A stretch of DNA of 64,000 bases from the human T2T-CHM13v2.0 reference genome, Homo sapiens: assembly GCF_009914755.1 (NCBI RefSeq), contig NC_060928.1; one strand, written 5' to 3'. The position numbers and the translations under genes were made by a program. The number at the start of each line of letters is the position of its first letter. Position 1 is the first letter of the stretch. Positions 9,401-22,300 of the stretch are shown piece after piece. The notes under the pieces are model-generated. The model searched no databases, was not told the DNA's origin, and saw only the letters and a program-made list of their open reading frames with translations.

Positions 9401-12400
9401 TAGAATCTGCAAGTGGATATTTGGATAGCTTTGAGGATTTCGTTGGAAACGGGTTATCTTCATATAAAATCCAGACAGGAGCATTCTCAGAAACTTCTTT
9501 GTGCTGCATGTCCTCAATTCACAGAGCTGAACCTTTGTTTGGATACAGCATTTTGGAAACATTCCTTTAGTAGAATCTGCAAGTTGATATTTAGATAGCT
9601 TTGAAGATTTCGTTGGAAACGGGAATATCTTCATAGAAAATCTAGACGGAAGCATTCTCAGAAACTGCTTTGTGATGTTTGCATTCAAGTCACAGAGTTG
9701 AATATTCCCTTTTATAGAGTAGGTTTGAAACACTCTTTCGGCACTACCTGGAAGTGGATATTTCGAGCTCTTTGAGGCCTATGGTTAAAAGGAAATATCT
9801 TCCCATAAAAACTAGACAGAAGCCGTCTCAGAAACTTGTTTGTGATGTGTGTATTCAACTACCAGAGTTGAACATTTCTGTTACAGAGCAATTTTAAAAC
9901 ACTCTTTTTGTGGAATCTGAAAGTGGATAATTGGATAGCTTTGTGGATTTCGTTGGAAACGGGATGACGTATAAAATCTAGAGAGAAGCATTCTCAGGAA
10001 CTTCTTTCTGATGTTTGCATTCAAGTCACAGAATTGAACATTCCTTTTCATAGTGCAGGTTTGAAACACTCTTTCTGTAGTATCTGGAAGTGGACATTTC
10101 AAGCGCTTTCAGGCCTACGGGGAGAAAGGAAATATCTTCAAATAAAAACTAGACAGAAGGATTCTCAGAAACTTATTTGTGATGTGTGTCCTAAACGAAC
10201 ACAGTTGAACCTTTGTTTTGATACAGCATTTTGGAAACACTCCTTTTGTAGGATCTGCAGGTGGATATTTGGATAGATTTTAAGATTTCGTTGGAAACGG
10301 GAGTTTCTTCATAGAAACTCAAGACAGATGCATTCTCAGAAACATCTCTGTGATGTTTGCATTCCACTCATAGAGTTGAAAACTTCCTTTCATAGAGCAG
10401 GTTTGAAACACTCTTTTTGTAATATTTGGAAGTGGACATTTGCAGCGCTTTGAGGCCTATGGTGAAAAAGGAAATATCTTCTCATAAAAACCAGAAACAA
10501 GCATTCTCAGAAACTTCTTTTTGATGTGTGTACTCAAGTAACAGAGTTGAACCTTCCTTTTGACACAGCAGTTTTGAAACAATCTTTTTGTAGAATCTGC
10601 AAGTGGATATTTGGATAGCTTTGAGGATTTCGTTGGAAACGGGATATCTTCATATAAAATCTAGACAGAAGCATTCTCAGAAACTTCTTTGTGCTGTATG
10701 TCCTCAATTAACAGAGTTGAACCATTGCTTGGATACAGCATTTTGGAAACATTCCTTGAGTAGAATCTGCAAGTTGATATTTAGATAGATTTGAAGATTT
10801 CGTTGGAAAAGGGAATATCTCCATAGAAAATCTAGAGGGAAGCATTCTCAGAAACTGCTTTGTGATGTTTCCATTCAAGTCACAGAGTTGAATATTCCCT
10901 TTTATAGAGCACGTTTGAAACACTCTTTCTGCACTATCTGGAAGTGGACATTTCGAGCGCTTTGAGGCCTATGGTGAAAAAGGAAATATCTTCCCATAAA
11001 AACTAGACAGAAGCATTCTCAGAAACTTGTTTGTGATGTGTGTATTCAACTAACAGAGTTGAACTTTTGTTTTTACAGAGCCGTTTTAAAACACTCTTTT
11101 TGTGGAATCAGAAAGTGGATATTCGGATGGCTCTGAGGATTTCGTTGGAAGCGGGATTACATATAAAATCTAGAGAGAAGCATTCTCAGGAACTTCTTTG
11201 TGATGTTTGCATTGAAGTCACAGAATTGAACATTCACTTTGATAGAGCAGGTTTGAAACACTCATTCTGTAGTATCTGGAAGTGGACATTTCAAGCGCTT
11301 TCAGGCCTATGGTGAGAAAGGAAATATCTTCGAATAAAAACTAGACAGAAGCATCCTCAGAAACTTATTTGTGATGTGTGTCCTCAACTAACAGAGTTGA
11401 AACTTTGTTTTGATACAGCATTTTGGAAACACTCTTTTTGTAGAATCTGCAGGTGGATATTTGGATAGCTTAGAGGGATTCGTTGGAAAGGGGATATCTT
11501 CATATAAAATCTAGACAGAAGCATTCTCAGAAACTTATTTGTGATGTGTGTCCTCAACTAACAGAGTTGAACCTTGGTTTTGATACAGCATTTTGGAAAC
11601 GCTCCTTTTGTAGAATCTGCAGGTGGATATGTGGATAGCTCTGAAGATTTCGTTGGAAACGGGAATTTCTTCATATAAAATCAAACAGAAGCATTCTCAG
11701 AAACTTCTCAGTGATGTTTGCATTCAGCTCATGGAGTTGAACACTTCCTTTCATAGAGCCGGTTTGAAACACTCTTTCTGCACTACCTGGAAGAGGACAT
11801 TTCGAGCGCTTTGAGTCCTATGGTGAAAAAGGAAATATCTTCTCATAAAAACCAGAAAGAAGCATTCTCAGAAACTTCTTTGTGTTGTGTGTACTCATGT
11901 AACAGTGTTGAACCATCCTTTTGACAGAGCAGTTTTGAAACACTCTTTTTGTAGAATCTGCAAGTGGATATTTGGATAGCTTTGAGGATTTCGTTGGAAA
12001 CGGGATGACATATAATATCTAGAGAGAAGCATTCTCAGGAACTTCTTTGTGATGTTTGCATTCAAGTCACAGAATTGAACATTCCCTTTCATAGAGCAGG
12101 TTTGAAACACTCTTTCTCTAGTATCTGGAAGTGGGCATTTCAAGCGCTTTCAGGCCTATGGAGAGAAAGGAAATACCTTCAAATAAAAACTAGACAGAAG
12201 CATTCTCAGAAACTTATTTGTGATGTGTGTCCTCAACTAACAGAGTTGAACCTTTGTTTTGATACAGCATTTTGGAAACACTCCTTTTGTAGAATCTGCA
12301 GGTGGATATTTGGATAGCTTTGAAGATTTCGTTGGAAACCGGAATATCTTCATATAAAATCAAGACAGAAGCATTCTCGGAAACATCTCTGTGATGTTTG

Positions 12401-15400
12401 CATTCAACTCAGTAGAGTTGAACACTTCCTTTCATAGAGCCGGTTTGAAACACTCTTTCTGCACTACCTGGAAGCGGACATTTCGAGCGCTTTGAGGCCT
12501 ATGGTGAAAAAGGAAATATCTTCTCATAAAAACCAGAAAGAAGCATTCTCAGAAACTTCTTTGTGTTGTGTGTACTCAAGTAACAGTGTTGAACCTTCCT
12601 TTTGACACAGCAGTTTTGAAACACTCTTTTGGTAGAATCTGCAAGTGGATATTTGGATAGCTTTGAGGATTTCGTTGGAAACGGGTTATCTTCATATAAA
12701 ATCCAGACAGGAGCATTCTCAGAAACTTCTTTGTGCTGCATGTCCTCAATTCACAGAGCTGAACCTTTGTTTGGATACAGCATTTTGGAAACATTCCTTT
12801 AGTAGAATCTGCAAGTTGATATTTAGATAGCTTTGAAGATTTCGTTGGAAACGGGAATATCTTCATAGAAAATCTAGACGGAAGCATTCTCAGAAACTGC
12901 TTTGTGATGTTTGCATTCAAGTCACAGAGTTGAATATTCCCTTTTATAGAGTAGGTTTGAAACACTCTTTCGGCACTACCTGGAAGTGGATATTTCGAGC
13001 TCTTTGAGGCCTATGGTTAAAAGGAAATATCTTCCCATAAAAACTAGACAGAAGCCGTCTCAGAAACTTGTTTGTGATGTGTGTATTCAACTACCAGAGT
13101 TGAACATTTCTGTTACAGAGCAATTTTAAAACACTCTTTTTGTGGAATCTGAAAGTGGATAATTGGATAGCTTTGTGGATTTCGTTGGAAACGGGATGAC
13201 GTATAAAATCTAGAGAGAAGCATTCTCAGGAACTTCTTTCTGATGTTTGCATTCAAGTCACAGAATTGAACATTCCTTTTCATAGTGCAGGTTTGAAACA
13301 CTCTTTCTGTAGTATCTGGAAGTGGACATTTCAAGCGCTTTCAGGCCTACGGGGAGAAAGGAAATATCTTCAAATAAAAACTAGACAGAAGGATTCTCAG
13401 AAACTTATTTGTGATGTGTGTCCTAAACGAACACAGTTGAACCTTTGTTTTGATACAGCATTTTGGAAACACTCCTTTTGTAGGATCTGCAGGTGGATAT
13501 TTGGATAGATTTTAAGATTTCGTTGGAAACGGGAGTTTCTTCATAGAAACTCAAGACAGATGCATTCTCAGAAACATCTCTGTGATGTTTGCATTCCACT
13601 CATAGAGTTGAAAACTTCCTTTCATAGAGCAGGTTTGAAACACTCTTTTTGTAATATTTGGAAGTGGACATTTGCAGCGCTTTGAGGCCTATGGTGAAAA
13701 AGGAAATATCTTCTCATAAAAACCAGAAACAAGCATTCTCAGAAACTTCTTTTTGATGTGTGTACTCAAGTAACAGAGTTGAACCTTCCTTTTGACACAG
13801 CAGTTTTGAAACAATCTTTTTGTAGAATCTGCAAGTGGATATTTGGATAGCTTTGAGGATTTCGTTGGAAACGGGATATCTTCATATAAAATCTAGACAG
13901 AAGCATTCTCAGAAACTTCTTTGTGCTGTATGTCCTCAATTAACAGAGTTGAACCATTGCTTGGATACAGCATTTTGGAAACATTCCTTGAGTAGAATCT
14001 GCAAGTTGATATTTAGATAGATTTGAAGATTTCGTTGGAAAAGGGAATATCTCCATAGAAAATCTAGAGGGAAGCATTCTCAGAAACTGCTTTGTGATGT
14101 TTCCATTCAAGTCACAGAGTTGAATATTCCCTTTTATAGAGCACGTTTGAAACACTCTTTCTGCACTATCTGGAAGTGGACATTTCGAGCGCTTTGAGGC
14201 CTATGGTGAAAAAGGAAATATCTTCCCATAAAAACTAGACAGAAGCATTCTCAGAAACTTGTTTGTGATGTGTGTATTCAACTAACAGAGTTGAACTTTT
14301 GTTTTTACAGAGCCGTTTTAAAACACTCTTTTTGTGGAATCAGAAAGTGGATATTCGGATGGCTCTGAGGATTTCGTTGGAAGCGGGATTACATATAAAA
14401 TCTAGAGAGAAGCATTCTCAGGAACTTCTTTGTGATGTTTGCATTGAAGTCACAGAATTGAACATTCACTTTGATAGAGCAGGTTTGAAACACTCATTCT
14501 GTAGTATCTGGAAGTGGACATTTCAAGCGCTTTCAGGCCTATGGTGAGAAAGGAAATATCTTCGAATAAAAACTAGACAGAAGCATCCTCAGAAACTTAT
14601 TTGTGATGTGTGTCCTCAACTAACAGAGTTGAAACTTTGTTTTGATACAGCATTTTGGAAACACTCTTTTTGTAGAATCTGCAGGTGGATATTTGGATAG
14701 CTTAGAGGGATTCGTTGGAAAGGGGATATCTTCATATAAAATCTAGACAGAAGCATTCTCAGAAACTTATTTGTGATGTGTGTCCTCAACTAACAGAGTT
14801 GAACCTTGGTTTTGATACAGCATTTTGGAAACGCTCCTTTTGTAGAATCTGCAGGTGGATATGTGGATAGCTCTGAAGATTTCGTTGGAAACGGGAATTT
14901 CTTCATATAAAATCAAACAGAAGCATTCTCAGAAACTTCTCAGTGATGTTTGCATTCAGCTCATGGAGTTGAACACTTCCTTTCATAGAGCCGGTTTGAA
15001 ACACTCTTTCTGCACTACCTGGAAGAGGACATTTCGAGCGCTTTGAGTCCTATGGTGAAAAAGGAAATATCTTCTCATAAAAACCAGAAAGAAGCATTCT
15101 CAGAAACTTCTTTGTGTTGTGTGTACTCATGTAACAGTGTTGAACCATCCTTTTGACAGAGCAGTTTTGAAACACTCTTTTTGTAGAATCTGCAAGTGGA
15201 TATTTGGATAGCTTTGAGGATTTCGTTGGAAACGGGATGACATATAATATCTAGAGAGAAGCATTCTCAGGAACTTCTTTGTGATGTTTGCATTCAAGTC
15301 ACAGAATTGAACATTCCCTTTCATAGAGCAGGTTTGAAACACTCTTTCTCTAGTATCTGGAAGTGGGCATTTCAAGCGCTTTCAGGCCTATGGAGAGAAA

Positions 15401-16160
15401 GGAAATACCTTCAAATAAAAACTAGACAGAAGCATTCTCAGAAACTTATTTGTGATGTGTGTCCTCAACTAACAGAGTTGAACCTTTGTTTTGATACAGC
15501 ATTTTGGAAACACTCCTTTTGTAGAATCTGCAGGTGGATATTTGGATAGCTTTGAAGATTTCGTTGGAAACCGGAATATCTTCATATAAAATCAAGACAG
15601 AAGCATTCTCGGAAACATCTCTGTGATGTTTGCATTCAACTCAGTAGAGTTGAACACTTCCTTTCATAGAGCCGGTTTGAAACACTCTTTCTGCACTACC
15701 TGGAAGCGGACATTTCGAGCGCTTTGAGGCCTATGGTGAAAAAGGAAATATCTTCTCATAAAAACCAGAAAGAAGCATTCTCAGAAACTTCTTTGTGTTG
15801 TGTGTACTCAAGTAACAGTGTTGAACCTTCCTTTTGACACAGCAGTTTTGAAACACTCTTTTGGTAGAATCTGCAAGTGGATATTTGGATAGCTTTGAGG
15901 ATTTCGTTGGAAACGGGTTATCTTCATATAAAATCCAGACAGGAGCATTCTCAGAAACTTCTTTGTGCTGCATGTCCTCAATTCACAGAGCTGAACCTTT
16001 GTTTGGATACAGCATTTTGGAAACATTCCTTTAGTAGAATCTGCAAGTTGATATTTAGATAGCTTTGAAGATTTCGTTGGAAACGGGAATATCTTCATAG
16101 AAAATCTAGACGGAAGCATTCTCAGAAACTGCTTTGTGATGTTTGCATTCAAGTCACAGA
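6465..16160 (+). repeat. HOR copies 3-5, variant haplotype (unit positions 1905G and 2621G)
   Basis: GGAAACGCTCC with G at 8369, 11601 and 14833; GGATAGCTTTGAAG with G at 9085, 12317 and 15549. Confidence 0.9.
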
Positions 16161-19100
16161 GTTGAATATTCCCTTTTATAGAGTAGGTTTGAAACACTCT
16201 TTCGGCACTACCTGGAAGTGGATATTTCGAGCTCTTTGAGGCCTATGGTTAAAAGGAAATATCTTCCCATAAAAACTAGACAGAAGCCGTCTCAGAAACT
16301 TGTTTGTGATGTGTGTATTCAACTACCAGAGTTGAACATTTCTGTTACAGAGCAATTTTAAAACACTCTTTTTGTGGAATCTGAAAGTGGATAATTGGAT
16401 AGCTTTGTGGATTTCGTTGGAAACGGGATGACGTATAAAATCTAGAGAGAAGCATTCTCAGGAACTTCTTTCTGATGTTTGCATTCAAGTCACAGAATTG
16501 AACATTCCTTTTCATAGTGCAGGTTTGAAACACTCTTTCTGTAGTATCTGGAAGTGGACATTTCAAGCGCTTTCAGGCCTACGGGGAGAAAGGAAATATC
16601 TTCAAATAAAAACTAGACAGAAGGATTCTCAGAAACTTATTTGTGATGTGTGTCCTAAACGAACACAGTTGAACCTTTGTTTTGATACAGCATTTTGGAA
16701 ACACTCCTTTTGTAGGATCTGCAGGTGGATATTTGGATAGATTTTAAGATTTCGTTGGAAACGGGAGTTTCTTCATAGAAACTCAAGACAGATGCATTCT
16801 CAGAAACAACTCTGTGATGTTTGCATTCCACTCATAGAGTTGAAAACTTCCTTTCATAGAGCAGGTTTGAAACACTCTTTTTGTAATATTTGGAAGTGGA
16901 CATTTGCAGCGCTTTGAGGCCTATGGTGAAAAAGGAAATATCTTCTCATAAAAACCAGAAACAAGCATTCTCAGAAACTTCTTTTTGATGTGTGTACTCA
17001 AGTAACAGAGTTGAACCTTCCTTTTGACACAGCAGTTTTGAAACAATCTTTTTGTAGAATCTGCAAGTGGATATTTGGATAGCTTTGAGGATTTCGTTGG
17101 AAACGGGATATCTTCATATAAAATCTAGACAGAAGCTTTCTCAGAAACTTCTTTGTGCTGTATGTCCTCAATTAACAGATTTGAACCATTGCTTGGATAC
17201 AGCATTTTGGAAACATTCCTTGAGTAGAATCTGCAAGTTGATATTTAGGTAGATTTGAAGATTTCGTTGGAAAAGGGAATATCTCCATAGAAAATCTAGA
17301 GGGAAGCATTCTCAGAAACTGCTTTGTGATGTTTCCATTCAAGTCACAGAGTTGAATATTCCCTTTTATAGAGCACGTTTGAAACACTCTTTCTGCACTA
17401 TCTGGAAGTGGACATTTCGAGCGCTTTGAGGCCTATGGTGAAAAAGGAAATATCTTCCCATAAAAACTAGACAGAAGCATTCTCAGAAACTTGTTTGTGA
17501 TGTGTGTATTCAACTAACAGAGTTGAACTTTTGTTTTTACAGAGCCGTTTTAAAACACTCTTTTTGTGGAATCAGAAAGTGGATATTCGGATGGCTCTGA
17601 GGATTTCGTTGGAAGCGGGATTACATATAAAATCTAGAGAGAAGCATTCTCAGGAACTTCTTTGTGATGTTTGCATTGAAGTCACAGAATTGAACATTCA
17701 CTTTGATAGAGCAGGTTTGAAACACTCATTCTGTAGTATCTGGAAGTGGACATTTCAAGCGCTTTCAGGCCTATGGTGAGAAAGGAAATATCTTCGAATA
17801 AAAACTAGACAGAAGCATCCTCAGAAACTTATTTGTGATGTGTGTCCTCAACTAACAGAGTTGAAACTTTGTTTTGATACAGCATTTTGGAAACACTCTT
17901 TTTGTAGAATCTGCAGGTGGATATTTGGATAGCTTAGAGGGATTCGTTGGAAAGGGGATATCTTCATATAAAATCTAGACAGAAGCATTCTCAGAAACTT
18001 ATTTGTGATGTGTGTCCTCAACTAACAGAGTTGAACCTTGGTTTTGATACAGCATTTTGGAAACACTCCTTTTGTAGAATCTGCAGGTGGATATGTGGAT
18101 AGCTCTGAAGATTTCGTTGGAAACGGGAATTTCTTCATATAAAATCAAACAGAAGCATTCTCAGAAACTTCTCAGTGATGTTTGCATTCAGCTCATGGAG
18201 TTGAACACTTCCTTTCATAGAGCCGGTTTGAAACACTCTTTCTGCACTACCTGGAAGAGGACATTTCGAGCGCTTTGAGTCCTATGGTGAAAAAGGAAAT
18301 ATCTTCTCATAAAAACCAGAAAGAAGCATTCTCAGAAACTTCTTTGTGTTGTGTGTACTCATGTAACAGTGTTGAACCATCCTTTTGACAGAGCAGTTTT
18401 GAAACACTCTTTTTGTAGAATCTGCAAGTGGATATTTGGATAGCTTTGAGGATTTCGTTGGAAACGGGATGACATATAATATCTAGAGAGAAGCATTCTC
18501 AGGAACTTCTTTGTGATGTTTGCATTCAAGTCACAGAATTGAACATTCCCTTTCATAGAGCAGGTTTGAAACACTCTTTCTCTAGTATCTGGAAGTGGGC
18601 ATTTCAAGCGCTTTCAGGCCTATGGAGAGAAAGGAAATACCTTCAAATAAAAACTAGACAGAAGCATTCTCAGAAACTTATTTGTGATGTGTGTCCTCAA
18701 CTAACAGAGTTGAACCTTTGTTTTGATACAGCATTTTGGAAACACTCCTTTTGTAGAATCTGCAGGTGGATATTTGGATAGCTTTGAAGATTTCGTTGGA
18801 AACCGGAATATCTTCATATAAAATCAAGACAGAAGCATTCTCGGAAACATCTCTGTGATGTTTGCATTCAACTCAGTAGAGTTGAACACTTCCTTTCATA
18901 GAGCCGGTTTGAAACACTCTTTCTGCACTACCTGGAAGCGGACATTTCGAGCGCTTTGAGGCCTATGGTGAAAAAGGAAATATCTTCTCATAAAAACCAG
19001 AAAGAAGCATTCTCAGAAACTTCTTTGTGTTGTGTGTACTCAAGTAACAGTGTTGAACCTTCCTTTTGACACAGCAGTTTTGAAACACTCTTTTGGTAGA

Positions 19101-19392
19101 ATCTGCAAGTGGATATTTGGATAGCTTTGAGGATTTCGTTGGAAACGGGTTATCTTCATATAAAATCCAGACAGGAGCATTCTCAGAAACTTCTTTGTGC
19201 TGCATGTCCTCAATTCACAGAGCTGAACCTTTGTTTGGATACAGCATTTTGGAAACATTCCTTTAGTAGAATCTGCAAGTTGATATTTAGATAGCTTTGA
19301 AGATTTCGTTGGAAACGGGAATATCTTCATAGAAAATCTAGACGGAAGCATTCTCAGAAACTGCTTTGTGATGTTTGCATTCAAGTCACAGA
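16161..19392 (+). repeat. HOR copy 6, with four private SNVs plus 2621G
   Basis: 16809 T>A, 17137 A>T, 17180 G>T and 17249 A>G; G at 18781. The ORF track shows the changes (QKLSQ, LTDLN, NLPKY). Confidence 0.9.
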
Positions 19393-22300
19393 GTTGAATA
19401 TTCCCTTTTATAGAGTAGGTTTGAAACACTCTTTCGGCACTACCTGGAAGTGGATATTTCGAGCTCTTTGAGGCCTATGGTTAAAAGGAAATATCTTCCC
19501 ATAAAAACTAGACAGAAGCCGTCTCAGAAACTTGTTTGTGATGTGTGTATTCAACTACCAGAGTTGAACATTTCTGTTACAGAGCAATTTTAAAACACTC
19601 TTTTTGTGGAATCTGAAAGTGGATAATTGGATAGCTTTGTGGATTTCGTTGGAAACGGGATGACGTATAAAATCTAGAGAGAAGCATTCTCAGGAACTTC
19701 TTTCTGATGTTTGCATTCAAGTCACAGAATTGAACATTCCTTTTCATAGTGCAGGTTTGAAACACTCTTTCTGTAGTATCTGGAAGTGGACATTTCAAGC
19801 GCTTTCAGGCCTACGGGGAGAAAGGAAATATCTTCAAATAAAAACTAGACAGAAGGATTCTCAGAAACTTATTTGTGATGTGTGTCCTAAACGAACACAG
19901 TTGAACCTTTGTTTTGATACAGCATTTTGGAAACACTCCTTTTGTAGGATCTGCAGGTGGATATTTGGATAGATTTTAAGATTTCGTTGGAAACGGGAGT
20001 TTCTTCATAGAAACTCAAGACAGATGCATTCTCAGAAACATCTCTGTGATGTTTGCATTCCACTCATAGAGTTGAAAACTTCCTTTCATAGAGCAGGTTT
20101 GAAACACTCTTTTTGTAATATTTGGAAGTGGACATTTGCAGCGCTTTGAGGCCTATGGTGAAAAAGGAAATATCTTCTCATAAAAACCAGAAACAAGCAT
20201 TCTCAGAAACTTCTTTTTGATGTGTGTACTCAAGTAACAGAGTTGAACCTTCCTTTTGACACAGCAGTTTTGAAACAATCTTTTTGTAGAATCTGCAAGT
20301 GGATATTTGGATAGCTTTGAGGATTTCGTTGGAAACGGGATATCTTCATATAAAATCTAGACAGAAGCATTCTCAGAAACTTCTTTGTGCTGTATGTCCT
20401 CAATTAACAGAGTTGAACCATTGCTTGGATACAGCATTTTGGAAACATTCCTTGAGTAGAATCTGCAAGTTGATATTTAGATAGATTTGAAGATTTCGTT
20501 GGAAAAGGGAATATCTCCATAGAAAATCTAGAGGGAAGCATTCTCAGAAACTGCTTTGTGATGTTTCCATTCAAGTCACAGAGTTGAATATTCCCTTTTA
20601 TAGAGCACGTTTGAAACACTCTTTCTGCACTATCTGGAAGTGGACATTTCGAGCGCTTTGAGGCCTATGGTGAAAAAGGAAATATCTTCCCATAAAAACT
20701 AGACAGAAGCATTCTCAGAAACTTGTTTGTGATGTGTGTATTCAACTAACAGAGTTGAACTTTTGTTTTTACAGAGCCGTTTTAAAACACTCTTTTTGTG
20801 GAATCAGAAAGTGGATATTCGGATGGCTCTGAGGATTTCGTTGGAAGCGGGATTACATATAAAATCTAGAGAGAAGCATTCTCAGGAACTTCTTTGTGAT
20901 GTTTGCATTGAAGTCACAGAATTGAACATTCACTTTGATAGAGCAGGTTTGAAACACTCATTCTGTAGTATCTGGAAGTGGACATTTCAAGCGCTTTCAG
21001 GCCTATGGTGAGAAAGGAAATATCTTCGAATAAAAACTAGACAGAAGCATCCTCAGAAACTTATTTGTGATGTGTGTCCTCAACTAACAGAGTTGAAACT
21101 TTGTTTTGATACAGCATTTTGGAAACACTCTTTTTGTAGAATCTGCAGGTGGATATTTGGATAGCTTAGAGGGATTCGTTGGAAAGGGGATATCTTCATA
21201 TAAAATCTAGACAGAAGCATTCTCAGAAACTTATTTGTGATGTGTGTCCTCAACTAACAGAGTTGAACCTTGGTTTTGATACAGCATTTTGGAAACACTC
21301 CTTTTGTAGAATCTGCAGGTGGATATGTGGATAGCTCTGAAGATTTCGTTGGAAACGGGAATTTCTTCATATAAAATCAAACAGAAGCATTCTCAGAAAC
21401 TTCTCAGTGATGTTTGCATTCAGCTCATGGAGTTGAACACTTCCTTTCATAGAGCCGGTTTGAAACACTCTTTCTGCACTACCTGGAAGAGGACATTTCG
21501 AGCGCTTTGAGTCCTATGGTGAAAAAGGAAATATCTTCTCATAAAAACCAGAAAGAAGCATTCTCAGAAACTTCTTTGTGTTGTGTGTACTCATGTAACA
21601 GTGTTGAACCATCCTTTTGACAGAGCAGTTTTGAAACACTCTTTTTGTAGAATCTGCAAGTGGATATTTGGATAGCTTTGAGGATTTCGTTGGAAACGGG
21701 ATGACATATAATATCTAGAGAGAAGCATTCTCAGGAACTTCTTTGTGATGTTTGCATTCAAGTCACAGAATTGAACATTCCCTTTCATAGAGCAGGTTTG
21801 AAACACTCTTTCTCTAGTATCTGGAAGTGGGCATTTCAAGCGCTTTCAGGCCTATGGAGAGAAAGGAAATACCTTCAAATAAAAACTAGACAGAAGCATT
21901 CTCAGAAACTTATTTGTGATGTGTGTCCTCAACTAACAGAGTTGAACCTTTGTTTTGATACAGCATTTTGGAAACACTCCTTTTGTAGAATCTGCAGGTG
22001 GATATTTGGATAACTTTGAAGATTTCGTTGGAAACCGGAATATCTTCATATAAAATCAAGACAGAAGCATTCTCGGAAACATCTCTGTGATGTTTGCATT
22101 CAACTCAGTAGAGTTGAACACTTCCTTTCATAGAGCCGGTTTGAAACACTCTTTCTGCACTACCTGGAAGCGGACATTTCGAGCGCTTTGAGGCCTATGG
22201 TGAAAAAGGAAATATCTTCTCATAAAAACCAGAAAGAAGCATTCTCAGAAACTTCTTTGTGTTGTGTGTACTCAAGTAACAGTGTTGAACCTTCCTTTTG

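Noticed and set aside
454-14833. Two variants (454G, 1905G) create new CpGs, suggesting a methylation-related bias
   Set aside because: Two events are too few, and the other variants show no such trend.
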